This document shows positions 17,717-27,702 of a DNA stretch of 64,000 nucleotides, one piece after another (position 1 is the stretch's first letter; the number at the start of each line of letters is the position of its first letter). Position numbers and translations under genes: made by a program. This DNA comes from an uncultured virus (IMG/VR IMGVR_UViG_3300037115_000242) (lineage: Duplodnaviria > Heunggongvirae > Uroviricota > Caudoviricetes): the IMG/VR virus record IMGVR_UViG_3300037115_000242, one strand, 5' to 3'. The notes below the pieces were generated by a model. The model was not told the origin of the DNA. It did no database searches and saw only the letters and a program-made list of their open reading frames with translations.

Positions 17717-19840
17717 ATGCACGTCACCAAGTCTTCAAGCAAGATCGCCGCGACTGTCAGCACGCTGTTCTTGCTGGCGACGCTCGCGTTTTCATCTATA
17801 GGTCCGGTATCAACGGCGGGGGCCAGTACAGTCGTCGCACACGACACCACCACGTACACGTGTCCAAACGGGGGCACTCTCAACGGGGAAACGTGTGACG
17901 TCACGACCGTTCAGACGTACTCGGCGACGGGAACCGTGGGGTACACCTGCGCGACCGGCACGCTCTCGGGTGAGACCTGCTCGGTGGTCACTGACACACC
18001 GGCAACCCCCAACACCACGTACTCGTGTTCGACCGGAACACTAAGCGGCAACCAGTGCGACGTCACCGCTACAACACCAGCGACGGATACCCCGACGTAT
18101 TCGTGTCCGAATGGTGGGACACTTGATGGCGTCTCATGCGACACCGTCACCACAGTTCCGGCTACGGAAGTTCAAACGGGATCGACACCTACCTATAGTT
18201 ACGTCTGTACGAGCGGTGGGTCACTGAGCGGATCAACCTGTTCTTCCACCTACGCGGCTACAGAAACGCAAATCCAAGACGGCACGGTCCCATCATGTAA
18301 CAGTGGTTGGACATTGAGTGGTTCGGCGTGCTATCGGTACACCTCGGTGTCCGAAGCCACATGTACGAATAACGGTGGCATTTACCTCGGCAACAACGAT
18401 TGTCAGTTTGAAACTGCGGCTACTCAAGTTCCTTACTACATCACTGGCTACACCTGTCCAAGCGGAGGAACCTCCGATGGTCTAGGCAACTGCGACGTTT
18501 CATACGCGGCCACATACGAAGCAACTGGCTCGACACCAACGTACAGTTATGAATGTCCCGGCGGCGGCACGCTCGATGGCAACAACAACTGTGACACGAC
18601 GACCACGAGCGCCGCAGTGTCGACTCCCTCCTACACCTGTCCCAACGGCGGGACGTTGAGCGGTACGACGTGCACGACTACGACAACGGTCGACGCTACC
18701 CCGCACACCACGTACTCGTGTTCGACTGGAACACTCTCGGGACAACAGTGTGCAGTGACGACGACCACTCCGGCGACCGCAGGCGGCACGACGTACTCGT
18801 GCACCAACGGCGGCACCTTGGCTGGTCAGACATGCACCGTGACGACAGATACCACGTATCCCGCAACCGGAACTGACACCGGCACCGGAGGATCGGGTGG
18901 AAGCGGTGGCACCGGAGGAACTGGTGGCTCAGGAGGAACCGGAACAGGTGGCACCGGAGGTAGCGGCGGGACTGGTGGAAGCGGTGGTGGCACAACGACT
19001 CCGACCACCCCAACCGGCGTGACCACTCAGGTAGGCAACGAGTCAATTCTCGTGTCATGGACTCTCGGTGCGCCGGGTACGACCTACACCGTGACCGCAA
19101 CCGATAACACGGTCGCATCGCGAGGCGGAGAGACCTGCACCACGACGTTGGACTCGTGCCTCGTCACTGGTCTCACCAACGGCGACTCCTACACCTTCGT
19201 CGTGACCGCGACTCTTAACGGGACTTCGGCTTCTTCATCACCGACGAATCCGGTCGACCCGGCACCAGTGCCCAACGCTCCCGTGTCATTGCACGCGACC
19301 GCTGGTAGTGGTTCCGCTGTCGTCACCTGGAAGACCCCTCCGTCAAACGGCACTCCGGTGATCACTGGCTACACGATCACCGCGACGGACACCAACGACT
19401 CGAAGAATGGTGGGCAGTCCTGCATCACCATCAAGAACGTGTGTCATGTGACGGGACTCACCGATGGTGACTCGTACTTCTTCATCGGCACTTCGACGAA
19501 CAAGACGGGGCCATCGTTGCCCTCCTTGCCGTCGAACGACGTGACGCCGATCAAGCCTTTTACGTGGAGCACCAACTTCACCAAGACCGCAGTCCACTTG
19601 TCGAAGTCACAGACGAAGAAGTTGCTATCCTTGGTAGAGAAGATCAAGGCGTCAGACCCCTACACCGCCGTTTCGGTCAGCACCTACGCGTCGAGCAAGA
19701 CGTCGGTCGCGACAGTGCGACTGCACGTTGTTGAGGCGTACCTGCGCACCGAGATGAAGAAGTTGAAGGTGACTGGAGTCACTGTCTCTGGCAAGTCGAC
19801 CCACAACCACACCAACCGAGCCGTCGTTACCCTTTCGTAG
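17717..19840 (+). CDS. Secreted adhesin-like protein: Cys repeats, Gly linker, two FN3 domains, degenerate OmpA-C-like tail
   Basis: Signal peptide; about 11-12 YxCPxGGTLxGxxC repeats; (GGTGGS)n; two GLTxGDSYxF FN3 motifs. Confidence 0.8.
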   Translation: MHVTKSSSKIAATVSTLFLLATLAFSSIGPVSTAGASTVVAHDTTTYTCPNGGTLNGETCDVTTVQTYSATGTVGYTCATGTLSGETCSVVTDTPATPNTTYSCSTGTLSGNQCDVTATTPATDTPTYSCPNGGTLDGVSCDTVTTVPATEVQTGSTPTYSYVCTSGGSLSGSTCSSTYAATETQIQDGTVPSCNSGWTLSGSACYRYTSVSEATCTNNGGIYLGNNDCQFETAATQVPYYITGYTCPSGGTSDGLGNCDVSYAATYEATGSTPTYSYECPGGGTLDGNNNCDTTTTSAAVSTPSYTCPNGGTLSGTTCTTTTTVDATPHTTYSCSTGTLSGQQCAVTTTTPATAGGTTYSCTNGGTLAGQTCTVTTDTTYPATGTDTGTGGSGGSGGTGGTGGSGGTGTGGTGGSGGTGGSGGGTTTPTTPTGVTTQVGNESILVSWTLGAPGTTYTVTATDNTVASRGGETCTTTLDSCLVTGLTNGDSYTFVVTATLNGTSASSSPTNPVDPAPVPNAPVSLHATAGSGSAVVTWKTPPSNGTPVITGYTITATDTNDSKNGGQSCITIKNVCHVTGLTDGDSYFFIGTSTNKTGPSLPSLPSNDVTPIKPFTWSTNFTKTAVHLSKSQTKKLLSLVEKIKASDPYTAVSVSTYASSKTSVATVRLHVVEAYLRTEMKKLKVTGVTVSGKSTHNHTNRAVVTLS

Positions 19841-19923
19841 TCGTAGTCAGCCGTCGTAGATACCACATCTGCGGCGGCTGACTCGATAGCCTGTTTCACA
19901 ACAGAGTCACACAAAGGGGTCAC

Positions 19924-20127
19924 ATGTTAGCCACGCTGGTTGTAACCGTGAATGGTCACTACTACTCGATCTCAACAGGATTCGAATGGGTAGGAGCCGC
20001 AGTCGTCTCCGTCGAACTCTGCGTGATCACCTTCTTCGTCCGTCGTCGGATGCGTCGCAATCGTCAGAGGTATCTCCCTGATCCACCGATGCCCAAGAGC
20101 GTCTCGGTACCACCACTCGCCAAGTAA
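19924..20127 (+). CDS. Small membrane protein
   Basis: RBS-like AAAGGGG; TM segment followed by RRRMRR. Confidence 0.5.
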   Translation: MLATLVVTVNGHYYSISTGFEWVGAAVVSVELCVITFFVRRRMRRNRQRYLPDPPMPKSVSVPPLAK

Positions 20128-20130
20128 CGC

Positions 20131-20421
20131 ATGAAGCGAGGCGTCGAGTTACTTCTCGCAGCGGCATACGCCCTCGATCACGGGGTGGACCCCTTCTCCG
20201 TAGGGTGGTTGCTGGAGCACGACGTCACAATGTCCGAAGGATACGAACTGGCTGCTCGGCTCTCGCTCGGCGCTCAGATGTTCGTCGTCATCATCGATCC
20301 AGAGGTAGAGAATAAGAAGGGGTACGCGTGGATCGCAGCGGCGGTTCGCTCCATGACGAGCCATCTGCGAGGATCAATCGACTTCTTTACCCATGACCCA
20401 CCACCAGCACCACGGGGTTAG
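20131..20421 (+). CDS. Hypothetical protein
   Basis: 96-aa ORF directly after the previous stop. Confidence 0.5.
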   Translation: MKRGVELLLAAAYALDHGVDPFSVGWLLEHDVTMSEGYELAARLSLGAQMFVVIIDPEVENKKGYAWIAAAVRSMTSHLRGSIDFFTHDPPPAPRG

Positions 20422-20462
20422 AGGACCTATGAAGCCCGTCCCATTTTCACCAAGGAGAAGCC

Positions 20463-20996
20463 GTGACATTCATCGTTGACGACGTCGTGCGCCTCACCGA
20501 GGGCGATGTTGATGGCAGATTCGATGGAGACCTCACGGTCGTGGACCACTACTCCGACGGAGGACACGTCTACTACACGTTGCGTGACATCTCTACCGAC
20601 ATGGTGATCGCCTCGATTGAAGGGAAGCAACTCACCTTCGTGCGTCACGCCCGAGAACTGCGCGTGGTCACCAACGAGGGCAAGGTCTCTCTTCGTGATG
20701 CGGTCGATCAAGTGCTCAAGATGCACGTAGACGACCGATGCTCCGAGTGTGGCAAGGGCTCACCGTGCCCCACGCGCACGATGTTGCTCCGAGGAACCGA
20801 GGACACCGGATTCGCGGCTGAGGTTCAGCGACTCGAAGAGATCATCGATCAGATCGAACTCCTTCACCGCCAAGACGGGGTGCTCTTTCTCGTTGACGAC
20901 GAGCCGAGGTCAAGATGCTCCGCGTGCAAGGAACTCTGGCCGTGCGAAACCACCAAGGTCATTGACCACAGGAACGAGACAGTCGATGGCAACTAA
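20463..20996 (+). CDS. Phage-like protein with two H..CxxC...PCxT Zn motifs
   Basis: AAGGAG RBS; CSECGKGSPCPT and CSACKELWPCET. Confidence 0.7.
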   Translation: MTFIVDDVVRLTEGDVDGRFDGDLTVVDHYSDGGHVYYTLRDISTDMVIASIEGKQLTFVRHARELRVVTNEGKVSLRDAVDQVLKMHVDDRCSECGKGSPCPTRTMLLRGTEDTGFAAEVQRLEEIIDQIELLHRQDGVLFLVDDEPRSRCSACKELWPCETTKVIDHRNETVDGN

Positions 20997-21243
20997 GTCG
21001 TTCGTCACTGTCACTGAGAGTGGTCCGGTCGTCACCAAGTTGACGATCACTTGCTCCACCTGTCACGAGACGTCCACCTTGAGTCTGCTCACTGAGGGCT
21101 TCGACGCGTGGTGCAACGGTGCGCTGATCCAAAACGCCATACCGGAACTCGACAACTCCGAGCGCGAACTGCTCATCTCGGGAACGTGCGGAAAGTGCTT
21201 CGACATCATGTTTCCCGAAGAGGATGATGAGGAGTCGTCGTGA
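20986..21243 (+). CDS. Small Zn-ribbon protein
   Basis: CSTC, IQNAIPEL..ERELLISGTCGKCFD; start corrected to ATG 20986. Confidence 0.7.
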   Translation: MATKSFVTVTESGPVVTKLTITCSTCHETSTLSLLTEGFDAWCNGALIQNAIPELDNSERELLISGTCGKCFDIMFPEEDDEESS

Positions 21244-22991
21244 AGAAACTCGCAATCTCAAAAGAGATTTCACTCACCGACGACATCGTTACCAAGACGA
21301 TTGCCATTCTCGCACAACGTCGCAAGGGCAAGACGTACACCGCCTCGGTGCTTGCCGAGGAGATGGTCGCGGCCAAGATACCCTTCGTGGCGCTCGACCC
21401 GACCGGAGCGTGGTGGGGTCTTCGTTCGTCCGCCGACGGCAAGAAGCCCGGTCTCCCCGTGGTCATTCTTGGCGGCAAGCACGGCGACCTCCCTCTCGAA
21501 CGTACGGCAGGGAAGTTCGTAGCCGACTTGGTGCTCGATCACCCCGGTTGGTACGTCATCGACTTCTCCCTCTTCGAGTCCGGCAGTGCGGAACGACAGT
21601 TCGCTACCGATTTCGCCCTGCGTCTCTATCGTCGCAAGGCTCAAGAAGAGGGCATGGACTTCCCTCTGCACCTCTTCGTGGATGAGGCCGACAAGTTCGT
21701 ACCGCAACGCGTGAGCGGTGGCCGGGGCGAAGATCGCGAGACCGACCAACGACTGCTCGGGGCTTTTGAAGCCATCGTTCGCCGTGGCGGTCTGCATGGT
21801 CTTGGCACCACACTGATCAGTCAGCGAGCGGCGGTGGTGAACAAGAACGTGCTCGAACAGATCGACATGCTCATCATGCTTCGCATCATGGGACCCAACG
21901 ACCGCAAGGCCATTGATGACTACCTCAAAGCCGACGCCGACGACGAGCAACGCAAGATTCTCATGGGATCGCTGGCGAGCCTGGACATTGGCGAGGCGTG
22001 GCTGTGGGAACCAGGTGGCGAACCTCCGCTCTTTGACCGCGTTCACATCCGTGAGCGCCACACCTTCAACAGTTCCGCCACCCCCAAGCCCGGACAGCGA
22101 CGTGTAGAGCCGAGCAAGTTCGCCAAGGTTGACCTCGAAGCGGTGAAGGACGAAATGGCGGCGGCTATCGAACGTGCCGCCGCGAACGACCCGGTAGCCC
22201 TCAAGAGTCGCATCGCCACGCTGGAGAAGGAACTCGCCAAGAAGGTGCCCGAGCAGATTACGAAAGTGGAGACAGTCACAGAGACCGTAGAGATCGTTGT
22301 CGAAGTGATCCCACCCGAAGTGCAGGAGTTCTTGAACACACTCAGGATCGACGTCGAGACTCTTCTCACTGCCCCTGAGAAGCCTCGTCTTAGTTTGGTG
22401 AAGCCCCCGACTCGCACCACCTCGACTCCTGCCCCGAGCCCTAAGCCCGCTATAGCGCGACCTACCTCGCCAGTCGTTGAGCGTCCTCGTGCGACCCCAG
22501 CAGAGCAGTCCGGCGACACGGTCTTGTCGAAGGCGGAGCGCATGATCCTTTCGGTGCTCGCGCAGTTCCCTGACGGACGGTCGCGCAGTCAACTCGCCAT
22601 GCTGAGTGGCTACTCATCCAAGAGTGGCGGATTCAACAATGCGCTCGCTCGGTTGCGCGTCAGCAATCTCATCAATCGTGGTGATCCGATCAAAGCCACT
22701 GGCGAAGGATTCGCCGCCATTGACGGCCTGTACGAGCCTCTGCCGACGGGTCGCGCCCTCATCGAGCACTGGAACTCGAAGTTGGGCAAGGCGGAGCGCA
22801 TGATTCTCGGCGTCGTTCTCGACGCGTGGCCGAACCCCCTCGACCGCGAGACGGTCGCAGAGAGGACCGGCTACTCCTCGGGGAGCGGTGGATTCAACAA
22901 TGCGCTCGCTCGGTTACGTACACTCGAACTCATTACGCGTGGGGTGGACATCCTGCCCGACGAGGTACTGGCACAGGAGGCTCATTCATGA
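21240..22991 (+). CDS. HerA/FtsK-superfamily (DUF87-like) ATPase with two tandem C-terminal wHTH-like repeats
   Basis: AQRRKGKT Walker A, LDPTGAW, LFVDEAD Walker B, ISQRAA; duplicated KAERMIL...GYSS.SGGFNNALARLR. Confidence 0.8.
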   Translation: MKKLAISKEISLTDDIVTKTIAILAQRRKGKTYTASVLAEEMVAAKIPFVALDPTGAWWGLRSSADGKKPGLPVVILGGKHGDLPLERTAGKFVADLVLDHPGWYVIDFSLFESGSAERQFATDFALRLYRRKAQEEGMDFPLHLFVDEADKFVPQRVSGGRGEDRETDQRLLGAFEAIVRRGGLHGLGTTLISQRAAVVNKNVLEQIDMLIMLRIMGPNDRKAIDDYLKADADDEQRKILMGSLASLDIGEAWLWEPGGEPPLFDRVHIRERHTFNSSATPKPGQRRVEPSKFAKVDLEAVKDEMAAAIERAAANDPVALKSRIATLEKELAKKVPEQITKVETVTETVEIVVEVIPPEVQEFLNTLRIDVETLLTAPEKPRLSLVKPPTRTTSTPAPSPKPAIARPTSPVVERPRATPAEQSGDTVLSKAERMILSVLAQFPDGRSRSQLAMLSGYSSKSGGFNNALARLRVSNLINRGDPIKATGEGFAAIDGLYEPLPTGRALIEHWNSKLGKAERMILGVVLDAWPNPLDRETVAERTGYSSGSGGFNNALARLRTLELITRGVDILPDEVLAQEAHS

Positions 22992-23287
22992 GTGCGACCG
23001 ACGTTCCCGAGTTCGCAGTTCTTCACTTCCGCAACATCGGATTTCGGTCAGCCGGTACTGACACCGGAGGTCCCATGTTCATCACGGCAGTGCATTCCGC
23101 CAAAGGCGCGTGGAAGGATAACGTCGCCGCGAACCGACGTTTCTCCACCGAGGCACTCACGCGACTACAGAGCGAAGGCGTCCTCGATGTCGAACTCTCG
23201 TACAGCGGTCGTCGAGCACGGTTCTCTATCGCGGACTTGCTCGCTCCCGTCAAGGTCAAGACCCCCAAGGAGAAAGTCTCCTCATGA
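22988..23287 (+). CDS. Hypothetical protein
   Basis: ATGA-coupled to the ATPase; AGGAGG RBS. Confidence 0.6.
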   Translation: MSATDVPEFAVLHFRNIGFRSAGTDTGGPMFITAVHSAKGAWKDNVAANRRFSTEALTRLQSEGVLDVELSYSGRRARFSIADLLAPVKVKTPKEKVSS

Positions 23288-23595
23288 GTGCCTACGTCTC
23301 GCGCCAGAACGTGCTCGACACGTTGGGCGCGGGGCTCTCTGACTACCAGCGCATCTTGCTAGAGAGCATGGATTCGGCTGAACTTCTCACCACCGAGTTG
23401 ATCAATGAGTTGATTGAAGACATAACGCCAGAGCGTGAGACCGAGGATGAGGCGTGGCCGACCGCTGGCCGAAACACCTGGATGCACACGGGGAGAGCAA
23501 AGAGCGAACGATTCGCGATGAAAAGACTCCGTGACGCCCTCATAGCGCGTTCCGTGGCGCTCGCCGGTACCGAGAGGTCGAGCGATGGCTCCTAA
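23284..23595 (+). CDS. Hypothetical protein
   Basis: ATGA-coupled. Confidence 0.6.
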   Translation: MSAYVSRQNVLDTLGAGLSDYQRILLESMDSAELLTTELINELIEDITPERETEDEAWPTAGRNTWMHTGRAKSERFAMKRLRDALIARSVALAGTERSSDGS

Positions 23596-23763
23596 CTCAA
23601 CCAAGTGCCCTTTGTCGGAGTGCGACATCCCCTGGAGTGAGCACGACAACATCAAGAAGTTGGTTCATAAAGAGCGGGCCGAAGATCAAGCGCCGCTCGG
23701 TCGCAATGGTGGGATTCCCTGCTCGACGCGAAGCGGCCCCTGCGCGTGTGGAGCGTGGCACTA

Positions 23764-24471
23764 ATGACCGACAGTCACGTCAACGACCCCATCTCACGAA
23801 CGGCTCTCTTAGGGTCGTTGCACGAAGAACGAAGTACGCAACATCGACGCAACTCAGCCAGAGAACGTCAGGTTCAAGAGGACATGATGCTCGTGAAGGC
23901 CCAGCCTTCGTTGGTAGAACTTTCGCAGGATTATCTCGACGACATAATTAAGAAAGTCGAAGCAGAGTGTGCCGAGCACGGGGAGTCTGATACCCACCAC
24001 GTGCTCAACGCCCTGCGTGACGCCATCGTGGGCTCCACCGTGGCGAGCGTTGAACTCGCTCGATTGACTGCGGTGATTGAAGAGGTTCGCGGTGAGTGCA
24101 ACAACACGTTGGCGAGTCGGATCACCAATAGGTCTGACTACGGAGAGGGGCTCAAGGAGCAAGCGAAATGGGTGCTCGAAATTCTCTCCAAGGTATCGCC
24201 GTCGAGTGACGTTCGACCGGAACTCAATCACGACGTCGTGTGCGACCAGTACCCGGACACTCCTCACCGCTGGACGAATCGTTGTGCCGCGTGGCGTCTC
24301 GCGGATGACGACTACGAGACTCTCGTTCTCACCGGGCAAGCCCCGCCCAAGGGAGCCACGAGAGATGGTTGGGTCGCCGCTGAACCAGGAGTGATGCCGA
24401 GTCCCAAATTCCGATGGGACGGGTACGCCAAACCCCACGGTGAGTGGGTCTACGTGGGGAACCGCTCATGA
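23764..24471 (+). CDS. Hypothetical phage-like protein
   Basis: TAATG-coupled to a 59-aa Cys-rich ORF at 23585-23764. Confidence 0.6.
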   Translation: MTDSHVNDPISRTALLGSLHEERSTQHRRNSARERQVQEDMMLVKAQPSLVELSQDYLDDIIKKVEAECAEHGESDTHHVLNALRDAIVGSTVASVELARLTAVIEEVRGECNNTLASRITNRSDYGEGLKEQAKWVLEILSKVSPSSDVRPELNHDVVCDQYPDTPHRWTNRCAAWRLADDDYETLVLTGQAPPKGATRDGWVAAEPGVMPSPKFRWDGYAKPHGEWVYVGNRS

Positions 24472-24731
24472 GCGCCGGATGGATCGAAGAAGGGGTCTCC
24501 ACCCGCACGATGTTCGGACACCCGAATCCAGTGGTGCACATCGTCGTCGTGGAGCGCAACGAACTGTGGTGCTCAGGAGGTCCTAGTCGGGTCGCCTCGA
24601 TAGAAGCGCAACGAGGAACCGGCGGAGGACGTCCGTGTCGCAAGTGCGCGGCACTGGCCCAAGATGCCGTTGCCGAAGGAGATGCAGAAGTCAGTGACTT
24701 CTCTCGATTCTTACTAGAGATGGCGAACTGA
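24468..24731 (+). CDS. Small Cys/His protein
   Basis: ATGA-coupled; H..LWC..PCRKC. Confidence 0.55.
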   Translation: MSAGWIEEGVSTRTMFGHPNPVVHIVVVERNELWCSGGPSRVASIEAQRGTGGGRPCRKCAALAQDAVAEGDAEVSDFSRFLLEMAN

Positions 24732-24732
24732 G

Positions 24733-25032
24733 ATGCAGTGGTACGACTGGGTTCTGTTGGGAGCATTCGGACCCTACGCGCTCATGCTGGTCGTCTACGT
24801 GGACTGGGGCGTCTTCGCGGTTGTGCGCAAGTTCCGTTATCGGATCGCCAACAAACTCGATGCACCGCGTCCGATCTTCGCTATTGGGCAACGCAAAAGC
24901 GGCATGTATTTCATCGTGGCAAAGAAGGCCGGGACACATAAGGTCGCGACTCATCTCTTCAAGACCCTGCCCGAAGTTGCATCGGAACTCGACGCGTTTT
25001 TTGCGCCAACACTAGAGGAGAGTCATGGCTGA
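24733..25032 (+). CDS. Small membrane protein
   Basis: N-terminal TM segment. Confidence 0.5.
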   Translation: MQWYDWVLLGAFGPYALMLVVYVDWGVFAVVRKFRYRIANKLDAPRPIFAIGQRKSGMYFIVAKKAGTHKVATHLFKTLPEVASELDAFFAPTLEESHG

Positions 25033-25648
25033 GGCTCGGAAGTTTCAACCCAAGCGAGTCGTTATCGAAGCGATGCAGAACGTCGGCGGAGACTCCGCCC
25101 GCGACATCTTTACGTGGGTACAGTTGCACGACGGCGAGGTCTACCTCGACAGCGAGGAGCGGGCGGGCATCAAGCACTGGCGCGTGCAGGTTCGTTGTGT
25201 CGACGGACAGCGTCGTGACGCCCGAGAGGGAGACTGGATAGTTCGCGGAATAAACGGCGACTTCTATCCCTGCACGTCGGCAGAGTTCGATCGCATGTAT
25301 CAAGTGCTGAAGGTCGAGTTGAGCCACGAGCAAGAGATGCTCGAAGTGATCGACGAGCGCGACAAGGCCGAGGAGTGGGCTGACAAACTGGCGCACGCGA
25401 TTGGCAACGGGGCTGAGGGCGAGCACTCGAACCTCAACAACCCGTGGGAGAACGCTCTGAGGATCATGGCGATCAAGACCGGACTCTTGGAGGCGCACGT
25501 TCCCCCTGCGAGCCTGGAGAGCCTTGCGATGAGTGACGACGCGACCTCGGACTGCCCGTGGGAGTGGCAACACGAGTTTTTCTCCAAGGAAAGAGATGGG
25601 TGCCCCCGTTGTGGACGCTCGCTCGACTTACCGGAGACAGTGACATGA
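25025..25648 (+). CDS. Conserved phage-type hypothetical protein
   Basis: VVIEAMQ ... GDWIVRGINGDFYPC..AEFDRMY resembles a widespread phage domain; GAGGAG RBS. Confidence 0.7.
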   Translation: MAEARKFQPKRVVIEAMQNVGGDSARDIFTWVQLHDGEVYLDSEERAGIKHWRVQVRCVDGQRRDAREGDWIVRGINGDFYPCTSAEFDRMYQVLKVELSHEQEMLEVIDERDKAEEWADKLAHAIGNGAEGEHSNLNNPWENALRIMAIKTGLLEAHVPPASLESLAMSDDATSDCPWEWQHEFFSKERDGCPRCGRSLDLPETVT

Positions 25649-26196
25649 AAAGGTACGTCGGCTACTACGTCTATCAGTGTGAGCAAGGAGACTGTGACCT
25701 GGAAGCACCGACGATTCTGCGCCCCTCGGACTCAACCCTTCCGCCCGGTTGGGGTCACATCAACGAACGCGTCGCCTGCGCACGACACATGCGCGAAGAA
25801 CTACGGCGACAACGCGCAGAGGTGGCGACACCAAAGCCTCTGACCAACCAAGAGATAGATCGGATTACCGATCCTCTCACTCGCGACGGCCACTACGAGG
25901 ACTGCTTCGATGAGGAGGGTACGCCCACCTGTGGGCAATCTCGTTGTCCCCTGCGCCCACTCACGACAAGGTGCCAGAAGTGCGACGGCACGGGCTGGAT
26001 CAACGTTGGCCTAGGGATAGACGCTGACCCCCGCGACGCGATTCGATGCGACTGCCCGGTGGGAAGACCCCAGTGCCAACACGGACGGGTCTACATGGAG
26101 TGCATCGTCTGTCGTCAATTCCCGGCTGACGAACCAAGGCCGTCGCACATGCAAAATCGTGGCGATATGTTCCATCGACCAGAGACGGTGAACTGA
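25645..26196 (+). CDS. Cys-rich Zn-binding hypothetical protein
   Basis: ATGA-coupled; CQKCDGTG..CDC DnaJ-like Zn motif. Confidence 0.6.
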   Translation: MKRYVGYYVYQCEQGDCDLEAPTILRPSDSTLPPGWGHINERVACARHMREELRRQRAEVATPKPLTNQEIDRITDPLTRDGHYEDCFDEEGTPTCGQSRCPLRPLTTRCQKCDGTGWINVGLGIDADPRDAIRCDCPVGRPQCQHGRVYMECIVCRQFPADEPRPSHMQNRGDMFHRPETVN

Positions 26197-26197
26197 G

Positions 26198-26866
26198 ATG
26201 TTGGACGACTACCAGACCTTTGGGAAGAAGACCTCTTCCGCGACAGGTCGCACCGAGCCGACCGAGCAGGAGGCGTTGAGTGCCCGCAGAGCGGAGGCGC
26301 TGGAATTTGCCAGGGTTCGTGCAAGGAGCGACTGCGACTGGGAGTTCATCTTTGACTTTCTCAACAGCGACCTGACTTCTCACCCCGATTCCTTGTCTGA
26401 TCTCTTGGCCGAGTTGGAATCTCTTCGCACCCATGACGCCAGTTCAGTGTCGAACTGGGAGTTCGCGCTACGAGAGCGTGACGAAGCCAGGGCCGAAGTT
26501 GCCCTCCTTCGTGCAGGACTGACCACCGACTGTGACAACTTCATCGGCGTCACGTGCTTCGAGTGCGGTGGTCCGATAGGCCACCTTGGGGTTATAGCCA
26601 CAGACGATGATCTGATTCAGCGCGGTGTGCTGATGCGAGAGATCAATGACCTTGAAGGGCGACTGGGGTACAACGCGCACTCCGCGCTCCAAGACGCTCG
26701 CAGCGTTATTCGTACTCTTGAACGCTCTGCATCAACGATCACGAGAGCCTCTCTTGACGCACTGATCAACAAGAGGTTCTCGGACGACCCTTCTTCACGT
26801 CGAAACGACCACATCGCGGGAGCGACCATGCTCCGTGACGCTCTCTTCGCGAAAGAAGGCGGCTGA
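26198..26866 (+). CDS. Hypothetical phage-like coiled-coil protein
   Basis: ERDEARAEV coiled coil, CFECGG. Confidence 0.6.
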   Translation: MLDDYQTFGKKTSSATGRTEPTEQEALSARRAEALEFARVRARSDCDWEFIFDFLNSDLTSHPDSLSDLLAELESLRTHDASSVSNWEFALRERDEARAEVALLRAGLTTDCDNFIGVTCFECGGPIGHLGVIATDDDLIQRGVLMREINDLEGRLGYNAHSALQDARSVIRTLERSASTITRASLDALINKRFSDDPSSRRNDHIAGATMLRDALFAKEGG

Positions 26867-27041
26867 TGGGTTGCATGGACCAAGCCGGAGAGCGGTACGA
26901 CCGTTGCGACAAGTGCCACACCTGGCACTTCGATGGCGAGTCGTGTCCGACCGGACGTCGCTTGCGCGAAGCCTTGGTGAAAGCAAAGAGGCACTACGAC
27001 CCTCCCGAGTGGCACGCACGCAAACGACTGCTGAGTAGGTC

Positions 27042-27245
27042 ATGAGTACGCGCCGCGACAACTTCCATCGGTGGGGTGGTGTACGACGCATCCTTTGCTC
27101 GGTCATCGGCCATCGTTACGAGGAAGACGTGGACTACATGAGCGGCGACATCCAAGACTGGTGCTCACGTTGCGAGACGAGCCCCGTGCCGTGGCTATGG
27201 ATCGACCGCATCAAGTCACGGGCACTCTCATTGGTGAAATCATGA
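27042..27245 (+). CDS. Small phage-like protein
   Basis: LCSVIGHRY...CSRC. Confidence 0.55.
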   Translation: MSTRRDNFHRWGGVRRILCSVIGHRYEEDVDYMSGDIQDWCSRCETSPVPWLWIDRIKSRALSLVKS

Positions 27246-27466
27246 CGACTCCCAACGACCCGTTCGTCTCGACCATCACGTCTAACGTGATTGCGCTTCT
27301 CCGCGAGGCGGGACTCGACGGACTCCTTCTGCGCATCGAGGCCGAACCTAAGGACGGTGGTGGTTTCGACTATTCCATTCATCACGTGGGCAGTGACGAG
27401 GACGAACTGGCGATTACTGGCGCGTTCAAGGCGGTGCTCGAACGTCATGGAGTCTCTGTCAAGTGA
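27242..27466 (+). CDS. Hypothetical protein
   Basis: ATGA-coupled. Confidence 0.55.
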   Translation: MTTPNDPFVSTITSNVIALLREAGLDGLLLRIEAEPKDGGGFDYSIHHVGSDEDELAITGAFKAVLERHGVSVK

Positions 27467-27702
27467 AGAACCCTCTCCAGATTCGACGCGAGCGTCGTCA
27501 GATGACCAAGGAGATACTCGAACTCTTCTTCCAGGCGGGTTACGACAACAGCACGGACGTGAGTCTCGACATGTACGTCATTAATTCTGTGCTCGTGTTT
27601 CAGATCAGCGGAGAAGACCTCGTAGCCAGAGAGGTCCTCGGAGGCATCTTGAAGATTGTCATGGACGATCACGGCGTCGATGTCGAGATGGCGGATGTCT
27701 AA
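27463..27702 (+). CDS. Hypothetical protein
   Basis: GTGA-coupled, abuts the helicase gene. Confidence 0.55.
   Translation: MKNPLQIRRERRQMTKEILELFFQAGYDNSTDVSLDMYVINSVLVFQISGEDLVAREVLGGILKIVMDDHGVDVEMADV

Noticed and set aside
21270..22592. Long antisense ORFs (also 415-1344, 28050-29021, 55029-55841, 58076-59089)
   Set aside because: Shadow frames opposite well-supported genes, as expected in high-GC DNA
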